From IMG/VR virus record IMGVR_UViG_3300008113_000031, positions 1 to 64,000 of that record: DNA of 64,000 bases. The stretch is one strand, 5' to 3'. A program made the position numbers and the translations under genes. Numbering within the stretch: position 1 is the first letter of the stretch; the number at the start of each line of letters is the position of its first letter. This document shows positions 1-9,259 of this stretch, piece after piece. The notes beneath the pieces are model-generated. The model was not told the origin of the DNA. It did no database searches and saw nothing but the letters and a program-made list of their open reading frames with translations. This stretch comes from a virus.

Positions 1-2
1 TG

Positions 3-290
3 GGTCTGAACGTTCTCGTTTCACCATTTGTTAGCTTCACAGCAAAGACAAGTGGCAGCGCAGCTAAGTCAGACCTCTTCCTCATCGACCGTAACGAGGT
101 TGGCTCACTTTTGGTCAAGGACGATTTGTCCACCGATCAGTTTGATGATCCATCACGCGACATTCGTCAGATGAAGATGAAAGAGCGCTACGACATCGTA
201 ATGCTGGGTGACGGCGAAGGTATTACCGTCGCAAAGAACGTCAAGCTCAGCCGTAACTACGAAGTTGCAGTTACAAACGAACTAGCCTGA
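3..290 (+). CDS. Major capsid protein, C-terminal part (gene begins before the window)
   Basis: Open frame GLNVLVSPFV...DLFLIDRNEVG...DDPSRDIRQMKMKERYDIVMLGDGEGITVAKNV...ELA* resembles an HK97-fold capsid C-terminus. C-ending and CGT/CGC codon bias suggests high expression. Followed by a strong terminator. Confidence 0.75.
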   Translation, partial: GLNVLVSPFVSFTAKTSGSAAKSDLFLIDRNEVGSLLVKDDLSTDQFDDPSRDIRQMKMKERYDIVMLGDGEGITVAKNVKLSRNYEVAVTNELA

Positions 291-336
291 CCTTAGGGCG
301 GTATAGTTACGGTCACTTAAAGGTGACAGCCCGTAG

Positions 337-375
337 GCAGAGGGCGGTGGCGAAAGCTACCGCCCTCTGTTCTTT
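337..375 (+). terminator. Rho-independent terminator after the capsid gene
   Basis: Stem GCAGAGGGCGGTGGC, GAAA loop, stem GCTACCGCCCTCTGT, then TCTTT. Confidence 0.9.
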
Positions 376-387
376 ATATGCCAAAAC

Positions 388-396
388 TGTTACTAT
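388..396 (+). promoter_or_regulatory. Putative (late) promoter -10 element TGTTACTAT
   Basis: Intergenic, just after the terminator and before the AAGGAG RBS of the 425 gene. TACTAT recurs intergenically at 10868 and 14591. Confidence 0.45.
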
Positions 397-424
397 TTAA
401 TTAGAATTTCTGTAAGGAGAAGCT

Positions 425-1195
425 GTGGCTCTATATTTAATAGAAAGCGCCAGCGTAGATGCTGATGTCGTTGTAATTAAGTTCGGAAGAACTGTAAAAA
501 TTAGTTCTTTAATAAATGCAAATTTTACAGTCCAAACAACTCATGCTACACCAGTTGTTGTAGCTAGTCCTTTTACTGCAATAAATACAATAACTGATTT
601 TAATCAAATTTCAAGAACACTTAGGCTTTTTTGGGACGTAGTTTTAACTTCTGGTCAAGAATATGAAATAGTTGTCTCAAACATAAAAGACGCAGTGAAC
701 GAGACAATCCCTACTGAAAAAATTAAGTTTACAAAACTAGATGCTGCAACACCTTCCACAATAACTTCCTATTCAGAACCTGTATATGAAGAAGTACTGA
801 TAGAAGATAAGTCAGTAAGAACAGACGCTTTTTCTACCGTTCAAATACTTGCAAAGAATCCTAATTTTTATATTGTTTCAGTTGATCCTTTAAATGGAGA
901 TTTCTATTTAGAAAACTCATATAATAAAGGTAGGGTTACAATAGAATTTAGTGCACGACCTGCATCTAACTTTCTTAATACAAAATATTTTAAAGTCCAA
1001 AGAAAAAAAATACAGAGAACAGCTTCAAGGTGGGAATCTGTAGATGCAAATATATCTTTGCATTCGTGGAAGCCAGAAGTTTATGTTGATTTTCCATCAA
1101 ATGATGCAACACCAGTATATACAACTTCTAATAAAGAATATTTTGAAACAGGATATAAGTATAGAATTATATTATCTAAAGATATAGGTATATAA
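425..1195 (+). CDS. Ig-like domain virion (head decoration-like) protein
   Basis: GTG start with AAGGAG RBS; beta-rich Ig-like pattern (LTSGQEYEIVVSNIKDAVNE); directly downstream of the capsid gene. Confidence 0.5.
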   Translation: MALYLIESASVDADVVVIKFGRTVKISSLINANFTVQTTHATPVVVASPFTAINTITDFNQISRTLRLFWDVVLTSGQEYEIVVSNIKDAVNETIPTEKIKFTKLDAATPSTITSYSEPVYEEVLIEDKSVRTDAFSTVQILAKNPNFYIVSVDPLNGDFYLENSYNKGRVTIEFSARPASNFLNTKYFKVQRKKIQRTASRWESVDANISLHSWKPEVYVDFPSNDATPVYTTSNKEYFETGYKYRIILSKDIGI

Positions 1196-1198
1196 ATT

Positions 1199-1600
1199 AT
1201 GGCAAATTTTGTCTACGGTAAAGCTAAACAGGGTATATTAAATGGTTATTTTAATTTTGGATCAAATAATTTTAAAATAGCATTAGTAAAAAATACTTAT
1301 ACTCCTAGTCAAAACATAGATGAATTTGTTTCTGATATTACAAATGAAAAAATTGCATTTAGAACAGAAAACATTCCAAACTTAACAAACACTTTGGGTG
1401 TTGTTAGCTCTCAAGATTTTGTTTTTACGTTACCCGCAAATACAGCATTCAATGCTGCAGTAATTTATCAAGTTGGATCTTCTGATTCAAACTCAAGGCT
1501 TTTAAGTTATACCGATACAGCTACTGGTTTTCCATTTACTGGTTCCCAAAATTCAGTAATAGTATCTTTTGACTGGATAGCTTCTGTTTTAACATTATGA
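1199..1600 (+). CDS. Virion structural protein
   Basis: 133-aa ORF (MANFVYGKAK...FKIALV..TYTP) of a type common in phage structural modules; tightly packed with neighbours. Confidence 0.5.
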   Translation: MANFVYGKAKQGILNGYFNFGSNNFKIALVKNTYTPSQNIDEFVSDITNEKIAFRTENIPNLTNTLGVVSSQDFVFTLPANTAFNAAVIYQVGSSDSNSRLLSYTDTATGFPFTGSQNSVIVSFDWIASVLTL

Positions 1601-1607
1601 GGTAAAA

Positions 1608-1946
1608 ATGGCAACACAATATCCAAATTCTTTAGACGTATTCACAAACCCAACAGCTACCGATACACTTAATTCAGGATCAGTACCACATCACCTACAG
1701 CACGCAAATATAAACGATGCAGTAGAAGCTATGCAGACAGTATTAGGGTTGAATCCTGCTGGCGCACATTTAACCATCAAAGATAGAATCATAGCAGCAG
1801 AGACTAGTATAACTAATCAGTCGGTATTAAATGGGCTAACGGATGTTACTATTACATCTGCTTCAGCTGGAAACGTATTAAGATATAACGGTTCTGAATG
1901 GGTTAATTACTCTGAGACAAACATCGTAGATGGAGGAAACTTTTAA
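1608..1946 (+). CDS. Short fibre/virion protein
   Basis: GAGG RBS; LTDVTITSASAGNVLRYNGSEWVN fibre-type repeat; C-terminal DGGNF. Confidence 0.55.
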   Translation: MATQYPNSLDVFTNPTATDTLNSGSVPHHLQHANINDAVEAMQTVLGLNPAGAHLTIKDRIIAAETSITNQSVLNGLTDVTITSASAGNVLRYNGSEWVNYSETNIVDGGNF

Positions 1947-1948
1947 AA

Positions 1949-2839
1949 ATGGCAAATACAATTAGAATTAAAAGAAGAGCTGGAACAGGTGCTGCCGGTG
2001 CCCCATCTTCGTTAAAGAACGCAGAGTTAGCATACAATGAAGCTGATGATATTCTTTACTATGGTAAAGGTTCAGATGGTAGTGGTGATGCAACATCTAT
2101 ACCTGCAATCGCCGGCGCAGGAGCATATTTAACCCTAGGTACTACTCAAACTGTAACTGGTAACAAAACATTTTCTGGAACAGTATCAGTTGCAACACCT
2201 TCTTCGAATGCGCATGCCGCTACAAAGCTTTATGTAGACACAGCGGTTTCTGGAGTAACTCCAAGTGGAACCTCAAATCAAATTACGGTAACAAGTGGTG
2301 TAATAGCTTTGGCTAGTAGTGTCACAACTCCTGGAGACTTGACTGTCACAGGAAACTTAACAGTTAATGGCACCACTACAACGGTTAACTCTACAACTGT
2401 TTCTATTGATGATAAGAATATAGAACTAGCAAGTACAGCATCCCCAAGTGATGCTGGCGCAGACGGTGCTGGAATAACGGTTAAAGGAACAACAGATAAA
2501 ACATTCAATTGGGTTGATGCAACTGACGCATGGACTTCATCAGAGCATTTAAATCTTTTAACCGGAAAAGCCTTTTACATAAATGGAACATCTGTCTTAA
2601 ACTCTACAACACTTGGTTCCAATATAACAAGCTCTAGCCTTACTTCAGTAGGGACAATTTCAACAGGAACATGGCAGGGTACAGCTATAGGCCTTGCGTA
2701 CGGAGGCACTGGAGCTACAACGGCATCAGGAGCTAGAACGGCACTAGAGCTTGGATCAATTGCTACACAAAACGCTAATAACGTTAATATAACAGGTGGT
2801 ACAATAGACGGTATATCTATTGATGGCGGAACTTTCTAA
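1949..2839 (+). CDS. Fibre protein (MANTIRIKR..ELAYN N-terminal domain)
   Basis: Thr/Gly/Ser-rich; GNLTVNGTTTTVNSTT and GGTGATTASGARTAL fibre motifs; C-terminal DGGTF. Confidence 0.7.
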   Translation: MANTIRIKRRAGTGAAGAPSSLKNAELAYNEADDILYYGKGSDGSGDATSIPAIAGAGAYLTLGTTQTVTGNKTFSGTVSVATPSSNAHAATKLYVDTAVSGVTPSGTSNQITVTSGVIALASSVTTPGDLTVTGNLTVNGTTTTVNSTTVSIDDKNIELASTASPSDAGADGAGITVKGTTDKTFNWVDATDAWTSSEHLNLLTGKAFYINGTSVLNSTTLGSNITSSSLTSVGTISTGTWQGTAIGLAYGGTGATTASGARTALELGSIATQNANNVNITGGTIDGISIDGGTF

Positions 2840-2862
2840 AACAATAAATTTACGGGGCTTAA

Positions 2863-3087
2863 ATGGCTAATACTATTAAGATTAAAAGAAGTGGTACAGC
2901 CACTCAAGTTCCTGCAGCTTTGGAATATGGCGAATTAGCAATAAACTACGCTGATGGTAAATTGTTTTATAAGAATAGTTCTGATCAAATAGTAGAACTT
3001 TCTTCCGGTTCTGGTTCAGTTTCAACTACTGGTATCTCAGAAGATATAAGAGACGTAAAAATAATGCTTTATATGGAGGTCATTTAA
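2863..3087 (+). CDS. Short paralogue of the fibre N-terminal domain
   Basis: MANTIKIKRS..P.AL..GELAINYADGKLFYK matches the N-terminus of 1949..2839. Confidence 0.65.
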   Translation: MANTIKIKRSGTATQVPAALEYGELAINYADGKLFYKNSSDQIVELSSGSGSVSTTGISEDIRDVKIMLYMEVI

Positions 3088-3088
3088 A

Positions 3089-3442
3089 ATGGCAATTAAT
3101 CAAAAACGCTTGGCTGGCCCAGCACAGCTTGGTACAACAAGCGTCGCTTATTATACTGTACCAGCTGCAACAACTACAATTGTTAAACAAGTTGTAATAA
3201 CTAATACAACTGCATCAGCAAAAACTGTTACAGTTCGCCTAGTTCCCTCTGGAGCTAGCGAAGGAGCTACTCCTAATTCGCTAGATATTATTAGCGCAAT
3301 GACATTATCGGCAAATGAAACAATGGCCTTTAATTGCTCAATGGTTATGGTCTATACTGGTGGAGCTGGCGATCAACTAAAGGCACTAGCTAGTGCAAGT
3401 GGATCTGTTAATATTTCTGTATTTGGAATAGAAGAGGCCTAA
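3089..3442 (+). CDS. Virion structural protein
   Basis: YTVPAATTTIVKQVVITN...GDQLKA...SVFGIEE, a beta-sandwich type common in phage fibre clusters. Confidence 0.55.
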   Translation: MAINQKRLAGPAQLGTTSVAYYTVPAATTTIVKQVVITNTTASAKTVTVRLVPSGASEGATPNSLDIISAMTLSANETMAFNCSMVMVYTGGAGDQLKALASASGSVNISVFGIEEA

Positions 3443-3447
3443 TAACT

Positions 3448-4159
3448 ATGGCAGGAATGGTTAGGTATGGAGCGCCTAGCGCAATGGCATCTTTTATAGA
3501 TGCCCCTGATCCAATATTTGGAACGGGAACAGATGGAGATGCTACCTTAGATGGTAGCTCAACCGTTCTTGGAATGACTCCTTCTTCTAGTGTTTATTCA
3601 ATGACATCTGATCTATATTTTAATAATCTTACAATAAATGAAGGTGTTAGACTTGCTCCCAATGGATATAGAATATTTGTTAAAAATATTTTAACTTTAA
3701 ATAATAACTCTATTATAGGTTTTACAACTGGTTATTCAACAGCTGGTTCTATAGCACAGCGGAGGAGCTGCTTCAACAGCCGTAACCCATAGTCTTGGCG
3801 GCTCTGCAACTGGTTTTTCTGCCACCGCTCCAGTCGCTGCATTAGGTGGTTCAAAATACTATCAAATTCCTCATCAAGCTATAAGGGGATGGGCAGTAAG
3901 TGCATCTAGTACCACTCCAACTTTTTTAAGAGGCGGTGCAGGCGGAGCAGGGCAAGCTGGTGGTGGTGTTATAATTCTATCTGCAAGATATTTAACTGGT
4001 CCAAGTTCTGGCACTGCTTATATTCAGGCTCCAGGAACAGCACCAGCTGGCGGAGGGGTTATTCTAATAGTTTCATCTCATTCAGCCCTGCCAGTTTCTA
4101 TATCAACAAATGTTACTGGGCAAAACGCCGGAACAGTAAATTATATGCAGTTGGTCTAA
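3448..4159 (+). CDS. Gly-rich fibre/adhesin-like protein, 236 aa, requiring a +1 shift at CGG 3760-3762
   Basis: Frame 1 stops at 3792; the +1 frame from GGA 3761 is open to TAA 4157-4159. The joined protein aligns across the junction with its neighbour 4162 (GSIAQ-GGAASTAVTHSLGG vs GTIAGQASSTISYRLGG). Confidence 0.75.
3760..3763 (+). other. +1 recoding site 1 (CAG CGG A)
   Basis: In-frame CGG; the shift is confined between TAG 3752-3754 (+1 frame) and the stop ending 3792. Confidence 0.75.
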
Positions 4160-4161
4160 TT

Positions 4162-5715
4162 ATGGCTGGTATAGAGAGAGTAGGTCAGCAAAGAGTTCAA
4201 AGAGCTGGCAATGATTCTATATATGGATCCGGACTAGATGGTAGCGGATATGTTAACTCTGCAATTACACTTACTAGCGATATGTATTATAATGACTTAG
4301 AGGTTACCTCTAGTGGAATTATATATACTAACGGTTTTAAAATATTTGTTAAAGGAACATTAACTCTCAATGGATATATTGGAGTTGGTTCAGTTTCTTC
4401 CGGAACAGTTGCAGAGTCTGGTTCAAATATTTCAGACGGGACAATTGCTGGACAAGCAAGTTCAACTATTTCTTACAGATTAGGTGGACAAGGTGGCGGT
4501 GGCTCTAATCCAAATGTGTCAACTCTACCTAGTTATTTATATAAAAATTTAAACAACCTTTTAGGTGGAAGTTATATTGATCCAGCAAACACTGGCGGAG
4601 TAAAGGTTACTGGAGGCTCTGCTGGAACAACTGGAACGACAGGCACAACTACTCCCGCCCCAGCTACATGGCCAAATAAAGCAGGTAAAGCAGGTTCTAA
4701 CGGCGGATATGCACCAAGTGCTACTACAGTAAATGCTCCTGGTGGTAAAGGTAATCCTGCAGCTGACGGTGGTGCAAACTCTGGTCCAGCACCTGGTGGC
4801 GCTGGTGGTTCTGGTGGTGTAGGAGGAGCAGTTGTGGCAGTTTTTGCAAAAACAATTGTTGGATCGGGTAAACTTTTTTCATTAGGAAGATCAGGAGCAG
4901 CAGGCTCAGTTGGAACAACAATTCCAGCTGGAACACCAGGTGCAAACGGAGCAGCTGCCCCAAATAGGACCGACCATCACCACGTTGCGCCTGGCCACAG
5001 TCATGCCCCGCATACAAGAAATCATGATCATCACAACCATACAACAAAACATTCTGACCGTCATGGGCATAAAGTCGCTCCACATGGTGACTTTAAGGGA
5101 CATCACTATGAAGGTCCTCACTGGCACCATGGTGGCCACTATCACCACCCACATAATGACGGCCCTCATGGCGGAATACATCACTGGGATGGGCACTATT
5201 GGCACGCTTGGAAACCTCATGAATCCTTGGGTCACTGGACTCATTATCCTCCACATGGCCACCAAAAGCCAAATGGACATCATAACTGGTACGAGCCATC
5301 TGGAAATGCTCATCATCATGAAAGAATTTATCACGGCCATGCTGGCGGTCATGATGGTCACACTCATGCAGGATTTTCAGAGCCAGGCCACACGCACACT
5401 CATGCTGGTTCTCATACCACCAGTTCTCCTAGGTATCATCATCATAATCATTCCGTCTCACACCCAAACCCAGATGCGTCAGCGCATTATGCAGGTGGTG
5501 CAGGAGGCGTAAATGATGCCTCTCATGGAGTTGGAGCTCCAGCTATTACTGGGGGAACAGGAAAAAAAGGTGGAGCTGGTGGTGGTGGAGCTATTGTTAT
5601 AGTTTGTGATACTATTAGTAATTCAATAGCATTTGATACTAGAGCTGGTTTAACAGCAGATGCAGATAACTTTGCTGCATCTTCTGGTTCTTCGTATATA
5701 ATATACAATATCTAA
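4162..5715 (+). CDS. Gly-rich fibre/adhesin-like protein with a large His-rich insertion
   Basis: N-terminus paralogous to 3448; polyglycine runs (GGAGGSGGVGG, GGAGGGG); about 50 His between about 4975 and 5490. Confidence 0.65.
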   Translation: MAGIERVGQQRVQRAGNDSIYGSGLDGSGYVNSAITLTSDMYYNDLEVTSSGIIYTNGFKIFVKGTLTLNGYIGVGSVSSGTVAESGSNISDGTIAGQASSTISYRLGGQGGGGSNPNVSTLPSYLYKNLNNLLGGSYIDPANTGGVKVTGGSAGTTGTTGTTTPAPATWPNKAGKAGSNGGYAPSATTVNAPGGKGNPAADGGANSGPAPGGAGGSGGVGGAVVAVFAKTIVGSGKLFSLGRSGAAGSVGTTIPAGTPGANGAAAPNRTDHHHVAPGHSHAPHTRNHDHHNHTTKHSDRHGHKVAPHGDFKGHHYEGPHWHHGGHYHHPHNDGPHGGIHHWDGHYWHAWKPHESLGHWTHYPPHGHQKPNGHHNWYEPSGNAHHHERIYHGHAGGHDGHTHAGFSEPGHTHTHAGSHTTSSPRYHHHNHSVSHPNPDASAHYAGGAGGVNDASHGVGAPAITGGTGKKGGAGGGGAIVIVCDTISNSIAFDTRAGLTADADNFAASSGSSYIIYNI

Positions 5716-5729
5716 AAAGGAGAAATAAC

Positions 5730-5957
5730 GTGGATTTTGAATTAACCGCACAACAAAAGATAGATACATTAACAGCAACTAAAAAAAATATTAAAACTGA
5801 AATATATAATATTTTAATTAGAGTTGGTATTGATCCAGACACTTTTGATGAAACTGATTTATCAGGCTTTGACCCCGTAATGGTTGGAGAAAAAGAAAGA
5901 GTTCAGTCTCTTATCAATGGACTAACAATGATTGAGGCCAAGTTAGCTGCTCTGTAA
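5730..5957 (+). CDS. Small hypothetical protein (paralogue of 9260..9508)
   Basis: GTG start with AAGGAG RBS; shared KI..L......EIY.....G.DPD.FD motif. Confidence 0.7.
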   Translation: MDFELTAQQKIDTLTATKKNIKTEIYNILIRVGIDPDTFDETDLSGFDPVMVGEKERVQSLINGLTMIEAKLAAL

Positions 5958-6355
5958 TGAAAAGATTTGTTTGCGTTCCGCAATCGTTAGTATATGATGG
6001 GATGCCAGAAGAAGTTAAAAAGTTATCTGAAGAATCTCAACTTCCAATAAGTGTCTCTGAAGAGTATAGCGATATATTTATAGGATCTTTTCCTGAAACT
6101 TTTTCTATAGAGTCACCTGATTCTATACAAAGCGGTTATATATATTGGTTAGATATCACTGATGAATATAATGCTTTTTCAAAAAATGTATTCATTATTT
6201 GTAAGAGTTTGAGTAATGAATATAAATTTTCTCCAACATTAAGAGAAAAACATATATTAAGATTTCGTTTTAGAATACCTGAAAAAAATAGATATAACTA
6301 TGAAATCTGGAATGATGATACCATGTTATATGAAGGTGAATTTGAGGTTATATGA
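5957..6355 (+). CDS. Hypothetical protein
   Basis: 132-aa ORF with overlapping stop/start junctions on both sides. Confidence 0.6.
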   Translation: MKRFVCVPQSLVYDGMPEEVKKLSEESQLPISVSEEYSDIFIGSFPETFSIESPDSIQSGYIYWLDITDEYNAFSKNVFIICKSLSNEYKFSPTLREKHILRFRFRIPEKNRYNYEIWNDDTMLYEGEFEVI

Positions 6356-6933
6356 AAGTAGAAAGTCCAGTAAAATGTATCTCAATCTATAGAGATGTTT
6401 TTTCAAAAGATCATGCGGAACATTTCATAAAAAATTTAGAAAAAGAAACTACTTCTGATTGGTCTGAATTGCATTGGGGTTCGTCTAAAATTGGAAACGG
6501 TGTTTCTTCTAAATATAGAACATCTTTAAGTTGCTCATTAATACCATTGATGAGACCATATCCAGAAACCGAATTATCTAAGTATTTTTGGCAAAATATT
6601 TGTTCTCCAATAGAAAAAGTTACAGAAGATTATAGGACTGAATATTTCATCCCTTCTGGAATGCACGCTGCATATCAATTGTTAAAATATTATCCAGAAT
6701 CAGAATATCATGCACATGTAGACCATGCTCCTGATAATAGAAGAGTTTTCAGCATGGTGTCTTGCATCCTTGCTCCAGAAGATGGTGGTGATTTAGAGTT
6801 TCCATTTTTTGATTTATCTATCCCTATGGAGACTGGATCAGTTATATTGTTTCCTTCTAACTTTCCTTACTTGCATATAGCTCATTCTGTTAATTCTGGA
6901 ATTAAGTACAGTTTAGTAACCTGGTATGAATAA
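6352..6933 (+). CDS. 2OG-Fe(II) oxygenase (prolyl 4-hydroxylase-like)
   Basis: HxD motif (YHAHVDH), GGDLEF, LFPSNFPYLH, and a K-Y-S 2OG-binding end (GIKYSLVTW). Confidence 0.9.
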   Translation: MKVESPVKCISIYRDVFSKDHAEHFIKNLEKETTSDWSELHWGSSKIGNGVSSKYRTSLSCSLIPLMRPYPETELSKYFWQNICSPIEKVTEDYRTEYFIPSGMHAAYQLLKYYPESEYHAHVDHAPDNRRVFSMVSCILAPEDGGDLEFPFFDLSIPMETGSVILFPSNFPYLHIAHSVNSGIKYSLVTWYE

Positions 6934-6942
6934 TGGTATAAT
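6934..6942 (+). promoter_or_regulatory. Extended -10 promoter TGGTATAAT, probably leaderless
   Basis: Perfect TGnTATAAT ending 6 nt before ATG 6949; no SD sequence. Confidence 0.6.
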
Positions 6943-6948
6943 ATATAT

Positions 6949-8463
6949 ATGGATGATAATTTAAATAAATTTAAACCAAAAACCTTTGGAATAATTGGAT
7001 CTGGAACAGCCGGCTTGATAACCGCTCTTCTTCTAAGAAGGGCATTCCCTGCATGCAGTATTACTGTAGTTTCTTCTTCTGAAGTTGGGATTATTGGAGT
7101 TGGAGAAGGTTCAACCGAACATTGGCGTCAGTTCATGGAAGTATGTAATGTTCCTTTACATGAGATGTTGATGGAAACTGCAGCAACCCATAAATATGGG
7201 ATTAGGTATGAGAACTGGACAAATCATACTCCAGACTATTTCCATAGTGTTTCAGGAGTAGATGACATATATTGCTTTGGTCTATTTGGGGCATATATGG
7301 GGATTATGGAAACTGGAAAAACATTAACATCTCAAACATCATCAATTGGTTTAGTAAGAGATAAGATTAGAAGAGAAAACTTACATAATAATACAAATCA
7401 ATATCACTTTGATACTTTTAAACTAAATGAATATTTTATTTCTTTAGCATTTAATAGGAATGTTAGATTTGTTGATGGTTTTGTTGAAAAAGTTCAAAAG
7501 AACGAAGATGGAACCATAAAGTGCGTCCAAACAAAACAGGGTGACGAAATAGAAGCAGACTTTTGGTTTGACGCATCTGGCTTTAAGAGAGTTCTTCTAA
7601 AAGAAGTTGGCAATGTAAATTGGCAATCTTTTAATGATTATTTATTATGCAACACTGCTATTCCATTTCCTACAGAATCTGATCCAAGTGGAAAGATCCA
7701 TGGATATACAAGAGCAAAAGCAGCCTCTTCTGGTTGGATGTGGGAAATACCCACACAGGAAAGAAGAGGAAATGGATACGTTTTTTGTGATAAGTTTATA
7801 TCTATTGAGGAAGCAATAGAAGAAGCAGAAAAGATAAGTGGATATAAACTCCCTAAAGATCCTAGGGTAATCAGTTTTGATGCTGGGTACGTAAAAGAGC
7901 CATGGCAAAAAAATGTTATTGCAGTTGGATTGGCTTCTTCTTTTGTTGAGCCCCTAGAAGCTACTAGTATTGGTTCTACGATTCAGCAAATTCGTCAGGC
8001 GATACCATATATAGCTTCTTATAAATCAAGTCATAAGTTTTCGCAAAAGCATTTTAATGAATCTTTTGAAAAAGTTATGAGAAATATACTAACTATGATT
8101 AGATTACATTATTATAGCGATAGAAGAGATAGTAAATTTTGGCAAGAAATGGCACACATGCCAGTGAACAAGGAACTTCAGGATATTATTGATTTATGGT
8201 CAGAAAGACCTCCGTCAAGAAATGATTTTGACCACTCTAATGGAGAGATGTTTTTAGCTGCTCATATGACACATGTGGGTCAAGGTCAAGGTATCATAAA
8301 TATAGAAGCTTGCACAGATGCTATAAATCATTTTGGAATTAGAGCAGAAGTAGAAAAGCAATTAGATGAGTTTCATAGGGGTAGAAGTAACCATGAACTT
8401 GTCGATCATGCTGAGTCATTAAGAGAATTGTATAACTTAGACCAAGAATGGAATAATCAGTGA
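6949..8463 (+). CDS. Tryptophan halogenase-family flavin-dependent enzyme
   Basis: GSGTAG FAD motif, IGVGEGS, K in ATHKYGIRYENW, WxWxIP (GWMWEIP), RRGNGYVF, FVEPLEATSI. Confidence 0.9.
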   Translation: MDDNLNKFKPKTFGIIGSGTAGLITALLLRRAFPACSITVVSSSEVGIIGVGEGSTEHWRQFMEVCNVPLHEMLMETAATHKYGIRYENWTNHTPDYFHSVSGVDDIYCFGLFGAYMGIMETGKTLTSQTSSIGLVRDKIRRENLHNNTNQYHFDTFKLNEYFISLAFNRNVRFVDGFVEKVQKNEDGTIKCVQTKQGDEIEADFWFDASGFKRVLLKEVGNVNWQSFNDYLLCNTAIPFPTESDPSGKIHGYTRAKAASSGWMWEIPTQERRGNGYVFCDKFISIEEAIEEAEKISGYKLPKDPRVISFDAGYVKEPWQKNVIAVGLASSFVEPLEATSIGSTIQQIRQAIPYIASYKSSHKFSQKHFNESFEKVMRNILTMIRLHYYSDRRDSKFWQEMAHMPVNKELQDIIDLWSERPPSRNDFDHSNGEMFLAAHMTHVGQGQGIINIEACTDAINHFGIRAEVEKQLDEFHRGRSNHELVDHAESLRELYNLDQEWNNQ

Positions 8464-9257
8464 GTCCAAAACCTAAAAAAGAAAAATTAAAACCAGGTCA
8501 AATTAGATTTACTCCTATGGATAATAGACTTATGGAGTCGGCTCCATTCGCAAACTCTTTAACTAATCAACCATCTTGGTTTAAAAGAATAAAAAAAGAA
8601 GGTGGTTCATTAAGAAGATGCGCTGGCACAATAGATTTTTTAACCGCTGGCGTTACATTACCAATGTGGACTAATTATAGATTTAGGCCAGATGGTCGCG
8701 GTTCTTGGGAAACTGGATCTGATGATTTTTTCCCATCTGCAGTTATTGGGGGGAAAGATGTTCCAATAGGATCTATATCTGGATTCAATTATAATTCCAC
8801 GGGTGAATGCCCAATGACAGCTGTCAGAAAGATTGAGACTGGTCAGTATCCAAAGATTATTAATCCATGGAGAATTGAAACAGCACCAGGTTGGTCAACT
8901 TTAATGGTTCCAATTTATTGGGAGCCAAATGAAGACTACACTGTTTTACCTGCAATTGTTCATACTGATTTTTATCATCAAATGAATGTAGTTATCAATC
9001 CAATTAATGATAGACCGTTTACTATTAGATTTGGAACACCAATGGCTCAGCTTATTCCATTTAAAAGAGATTCGGATTTTACAGAAGTTCTTTTTAATGA
9101 TGAAGAATATTTTAAATACGTGGCTTCTTCAGGAATGGGTAGCGGCCATCTTTCTCCAGCAGATGGAACCGGTGCTCCATACAGAAGAGAAAGAATTAAG
9201 ATTGACGCTGAACTAAAAAACAACGCCAAAAAAAAATTCTTTAGAAGAGGGAATTGA
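8460..9257 (+). CDS. Conserved phage hypothetical protein (DUF6065-like, dUTPase-like fold)
   Basis: C...DFLTAG, KIINPWRIETAPGWSTL, LPAIVHTD, GTPMAQLIPFKR pattern typical of ORFs in phage oxygenase clusters. Confidence 0.55.
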   Translation: MSPKPKKEKLKPGQIRFTPMDNRLMESAPFANSLTNQPSWFKRIKKEGGSLRRCAGTIDFLTAGVTLPMWTNYRFRPDGRGSWETGSDDFFPSAVIGGKDVPIGSISGFNYNSTGECPMTAVRKIETGQYPKIINPWRIETAPGWSTLMVPIYWEPNEDYTVLPAIVHTDFYHQMNVVINPINDRPFTIRFGTPMAQLIPFKRDSDFTEVLFNDEEYFKYVASSGMGSGHLSPADGTGAPYRRERIKIDAELKNNAKKKFFRRGN

Positions 9258-9259
9258 CA

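Noticed and set aside
296-370. tRNA-like start GGGCGGTATAGTT after the capsid gene
   Set aside because: No anticodon arm, T-loop (TTCRA) or acceptor pairing; the 3' part is the terminator. No tRNA gene was recognised in the window.
4724-5512. Overlapping alternative ORFs (4724-5083, 4906-5367, 4910-5512, 5093-5299)
   Set aside because: Shadow frames of the low-complexity CAT/CAC-rich His segment; no RBS or protein-like features.
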